From: Candidatus Pacearchaeota archaeon | GTDB taxonomy: Archaea; Nanobdellota; Nanobdellia; Pacearchaeales; UBA284 | Direction of reading: 5' to 3' | Assembly (NCBI GenBank): GCA_025058615.1 | Contig: JANXDM010000001.1 | Span: forward strand, 1 to 55,722 | Length of the DNA: 55,722 nt | Shown: piece after piece, positions 53,568 to 55,722 of the stretch | How positions within the stretch are numbered: the first letter of the stretch is position 1 | How the letters are laid out: each line of letters opens with the position of its first letter | The notes under the pieces: model-generated | What the model was told of the DNA's origin: nothing | What the model saw: the letters and a program-made list of their open reading frames with translations, nothing else | Database searches by the model: none | Program-made: the position numbers and the translations under genes

Positions 53568-54143
53568 ATGAAGTGCAAAATTTATTTATTTAGGCATGGT
53601 CAATCCTATCATAATAGAAACGCCATCTTTTCAGGTACTTTGGACAGCAAGTTAACAAAAACAGGAAGAGAGCATGCAAAAATAATAGCCTTGGCTTTGA
53701 AGGATAAAAGAATAGAAGCAGCGTTTCATTCTTCTTTGTCAAGATCAAAAGAAACTTTGAAAGAAGTTTTGAAATTTCATCCAGAATGCAAAATTGTAAT
53801 AGAAGATGATAGGCTTATCGAGAGAAGTTATGGTAAAATTCAAGGAATGAGCCACTATGCTTTCGTCAAAAAATATGGATTCAAAAAATACAAGCAAATT
53901 CATCGTGGTTATGATGTTAGGCCACCGGGAGGAGAAAGCATAAAAGATGTCGAGAAGCGTGTTTTAGATTTCATAAAAGATTTGTTGAAATTTATGAGAG
54001 AAAACAAAGTCAATGTTGCAATAAGCGCAAGCGGCAATTCGATAAGACCCTTCCGTAGGTTTTTCGAAAAGACCAGCATAAAAGAAATGATGTCTTGGGA
54101 GATACCTTATGATAATTATTTTGAGTATAGTGTAAAAGTTTAA
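53568..54143 (+). CDS. Histidine-phosphatase superfamily protein (dPGM-like) with atypical second-His position
   Basis: RHG motif YLFRHGQS, IERSYG, RPPGGES. The position of the conserved HGNS(L/I)R His reads ISASGNSIRPF (Ser). Confidence 0.75.
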   Translation: MKCKIYLFRHGQSYHNRNAIFSGTLDSKLTKTGREHAKIIALALKDKRIEAAFHSSLSRSKETLKEVLKFHPECKIVIEDDRLIERSYGKIQGMSHYAFVKKYGFKKYKQIHRGYDVRPPGGESIKDVEKRVLDFIKDLLKFMRENKVNVAISASGNSIRPFRRFFEKTSIKEMMSWEIPYDNYFEYSVKV

Positions 54144-54150
54144 TTCTAAA

Positions 54151-54702
54151 ATGATAACTTACCAAGAAATTTATGATTTGTTGAGAAGAGAAAAATACAA
54201 CGAGGCTATACAAGAATTACCGAAAAATTTTCTTTCTGAAGTCGCTTCTTATTTCGAAGAAAAAAAGAAAATACTCTCCAAAGATTCAGAATTGTTTTCC
54301 GATACTTTGATGATGACAAAAAAACAATTAGAAAATGCAGCAGCTATGGTTAAAGAACTTTTCGTCATACGAGAAAGAAAAGTTTTGAATCTTGCCTTTG
54401 TCGCTTCTCAGACAGGAGTAAGCAAGCGAGATACTGAAAACTTGCTTGAACATGAAAAGGAGCTTTTTGATATCATCGTGAAAAAGCTAGAAGAAAATCA
54501 GAAATTAATAAAACAAAAATTAGAAAAAAATGAAGAAAAAGAAAGAAAAAATCTTTCGATAAGGTTTAGGGAGAGTGTTCCTGCTTTTCTTTCTCCAGAA
54601 GGAAAAGAACTTGGACCTTTTGAGGCAGGAGAAATAGCTAACTTACCAAAAGAAATAGTAGAAATTTTAATAAAAGACGGAAAAGCAGTTTTGATAGAAT
54701 GA
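54151..54702 (+). CDS. GINS-like replication protein (Gins51/Gins15-type), tentative
   Basis: 183 aa. N-terminal helical ITYQEIYDLLRREKYNEAIQELPKNFLSEVASYFEE and C-terminal small beta domain ..GPFEAGEIANLPKEIVEILIKDGKAVLIE resemble archaeal GINS. Confidence 0.5.
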   Translation: MITYQEIYDLLRREKYNEAIQELPKNFLSEVASYFEEKKKILSKDSELFSDTLMMTKKQLENAAAMVKELFVIRERKVLNLAFVASQTGVSKRDTENLLEHEKELFDIIVKKLEENQKLIKQKLEKNEEKERKNLSIRFRESVPAFLSPEGKELGPFEAGEIANLPKEIVEILIKDGKAVLIE

Positions 54703-54739
54703 TGATTACATTTAAAAATAAGAAAACTTCTTTAGAATA

Positions 54740-55051
54740 ATGAAATTTCCAAAAGAAACAAGAAGATATTGCCCCTACTGTAAAAAACATACCAAACACA
54801 CTATAAGTATTTTGAGTGCAGGAAGGCAAAGAGGTTCTTTAAGAAGAGGCTCTTTGGCTAGAGCAAGAAAAAGGGGATTGGGAAGAGGCAAGGGAAATCT
54901 AGGAAGATGGGGTTCGAAGAGAGCTGTAAGCAAGTGGAAAAGAAGGATAAAAAGCACCCAACGGAAGGTTTTACTTTATAAATGTCAGGAATGTGGAAAG
55001 ATAAAAGGAAAGAGCCAAGGGATAAGAACCAGCAAAATCACAATCGGATAA
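54740..55051 (+). CDS. rpl44e: Ribosomal protein L44e (eL42)
   Basis: MKFPKETRRYCPYCKKHTKH.. and distal CQECGK form the eL42 zinc ribbon. Highly basic. Confidence 0.85.
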   Translation: MKFPKETRRYCPYCKKHTKHTISILSAGRQRGSLRRGSLARARKRGLGRGKGNLGRWGSKRAVSKWKRRIKSTQRKVLLYKCQECGKIKGKSQGIRTSKITIG

Positions 55052-55052
55052 A

Positions 55053-55571
55053 ATGCTTAAGAAAAAAATTTTTAATATCCGCTTAGAAATTCTCGATATA
55101 GAAGTCCCTGTGTTTGGCTCGAGTTTCGGGGGGGTTGAAGGAAAGACGATTATTTATGATTTGACGAAAATTTTGAAAGGAAAAAATTGCGAAGGAAAAT
55201 TTAGAATAAAAAAAGAGACTGATTCTCTTGTGGGAGTTATGGAATCTTTTATGATCTATCCACACTTTATTAGGAAGATGATAGGGAAAGGAGTGAGCAT
55301 TGTAGAAGATTCTTTTGTGGTGAAGTGTCAAGATTCTTTTTTACGTATAAAACCTTTTTTGATAACAAGAAAAAAAGTTCATAGATCCGTTAGGAAAGCT
55401 TTAAGAGAAAAAGCAAAAGAATTAATAACCAGAACCTTTTCGAAAGCAACAAGACAAAAAGCATTTCAAGAAGTTTTGTCATCTCATCTTCAAAAAATTT
55501 TGGCAAAAAAACTTAAGAAGATTTATCCTCTTTCTGTTTGTGAAATCAGGATGATGAAAGTTGAGAAGTAA
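55053..55571 (+). CDS. rps3ae: Ribosomal protein S3Ae (eS1)
   Basis: GKTIIYDLTKILKGKNCEGKFRI.., ..FIRKMIGKGVSIVED.. and C-terminal KKIYPLSVCEIRMMKVEK resemble archaeal S3Ae. Starts 1 nt after L44e. Confidence 0.7.
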   Translation: MLKKKIFNIRLEILDIEVPVFGSSFGGVEGKTIIYDLTKILKGKNCEGKFRIKKETDSLVGVMESFMIYPHFIRKMIGKGVSIVEDSFVVKCQDSFLRIKPFLITRKKVHRSVRKALREKAKELITRTFSKATRQKAFQEVLSSHLQKILAKKLKKIYPLSVCEIRMMKVEK

Positions 55572-55722
55572 CTTCTCTTAAAACTCTAATAAAAATTTTT
55601 CTAGTTTCTTTCTTACATTATGGCTTCTTTGTCTTTACTCCTTAATTTTTCTGCTAAAAAAGTTGTGATACTCAATTAATTCGTCTTTAGAAATTGTTGT
55701 TGGTATAGAGTTGTAAGTTTTG

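Noticed and set aside
55635-55722. Edge fragments: a minus-strand ORF tail ending near 55635 and a minus-strand start near position 26
   Set aside because: Fewer than 30 codons are visible at either edge, which is too short to call or assign.

Overview
Strongly AT-rich, very gene-dense archaeal chromosome segment with many 1-10 nt gene overlaps and ATGA junctions. The archaeal assignment rests on PolD DP1/DP2, Orc1/Cdc6, RadA, RPA, a GINS-like gene, aIF5A, Spt5, SecE, ribosomal proteins L40e/L44e/S3Ae/L1/P0/P1 and archaeal-type GlyRS and TyrRS. Small proteins, compact spacing and a minimal exosortase/archaeosortase-like gene suggest a DPANN-type (Pacearchaeota/Woesearchaeota-like) genome; this is inference only. 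I support about 70 CDS, including three short ones absent from the ORF track (L40e, SecE, a 50-aa prepilin-like gene), 3 tRNAs (Ala-CGC, Ala-GGC, Ser-CGA), one frameshifted patatin pseudogene and several DNA repeats. I saw no rRNA, CRISPR array, transposase or integrase. Most of the window is housekeeping: translation, SRP54/FtsY, and a replication island of candidate oriC-orc1-dp1-dp2 plus Lhr-MPE, split Hef/XPF, RadA and RPA. The main non-housekeeping content is fourfold. (1) A type IV pilus-like locus (33.3-46.8 kb) has a long-N-terminus secretion ATPase, a 716-aa FlaJ/TadC-like platform protein and at least 10 small Cys-rich prepilin-like genes. Its lower half is overlap-coupled to RPA, a YdjM-like membrane hydrolase and RadA. 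(2) Divergent from it is an 826-aa family-B-polymerase-like protein with intact DEDDy exonuclease motifs but degenerate palm motifs. (3) An AT-rich accessory patch (10.4-12.5 kb) carries three wHTH genes, two of them convergent paralogs with simple-repeat-encoded linkers. It also has a 14-16 bp palindrome reused in two reading frames and flanking inverted GCGAAC boxes. (4) A triplet of paralogous small membrane proteins shares a 59-nt perfect repeat. All functional calls come from motif recognition by eye; no searches were run.
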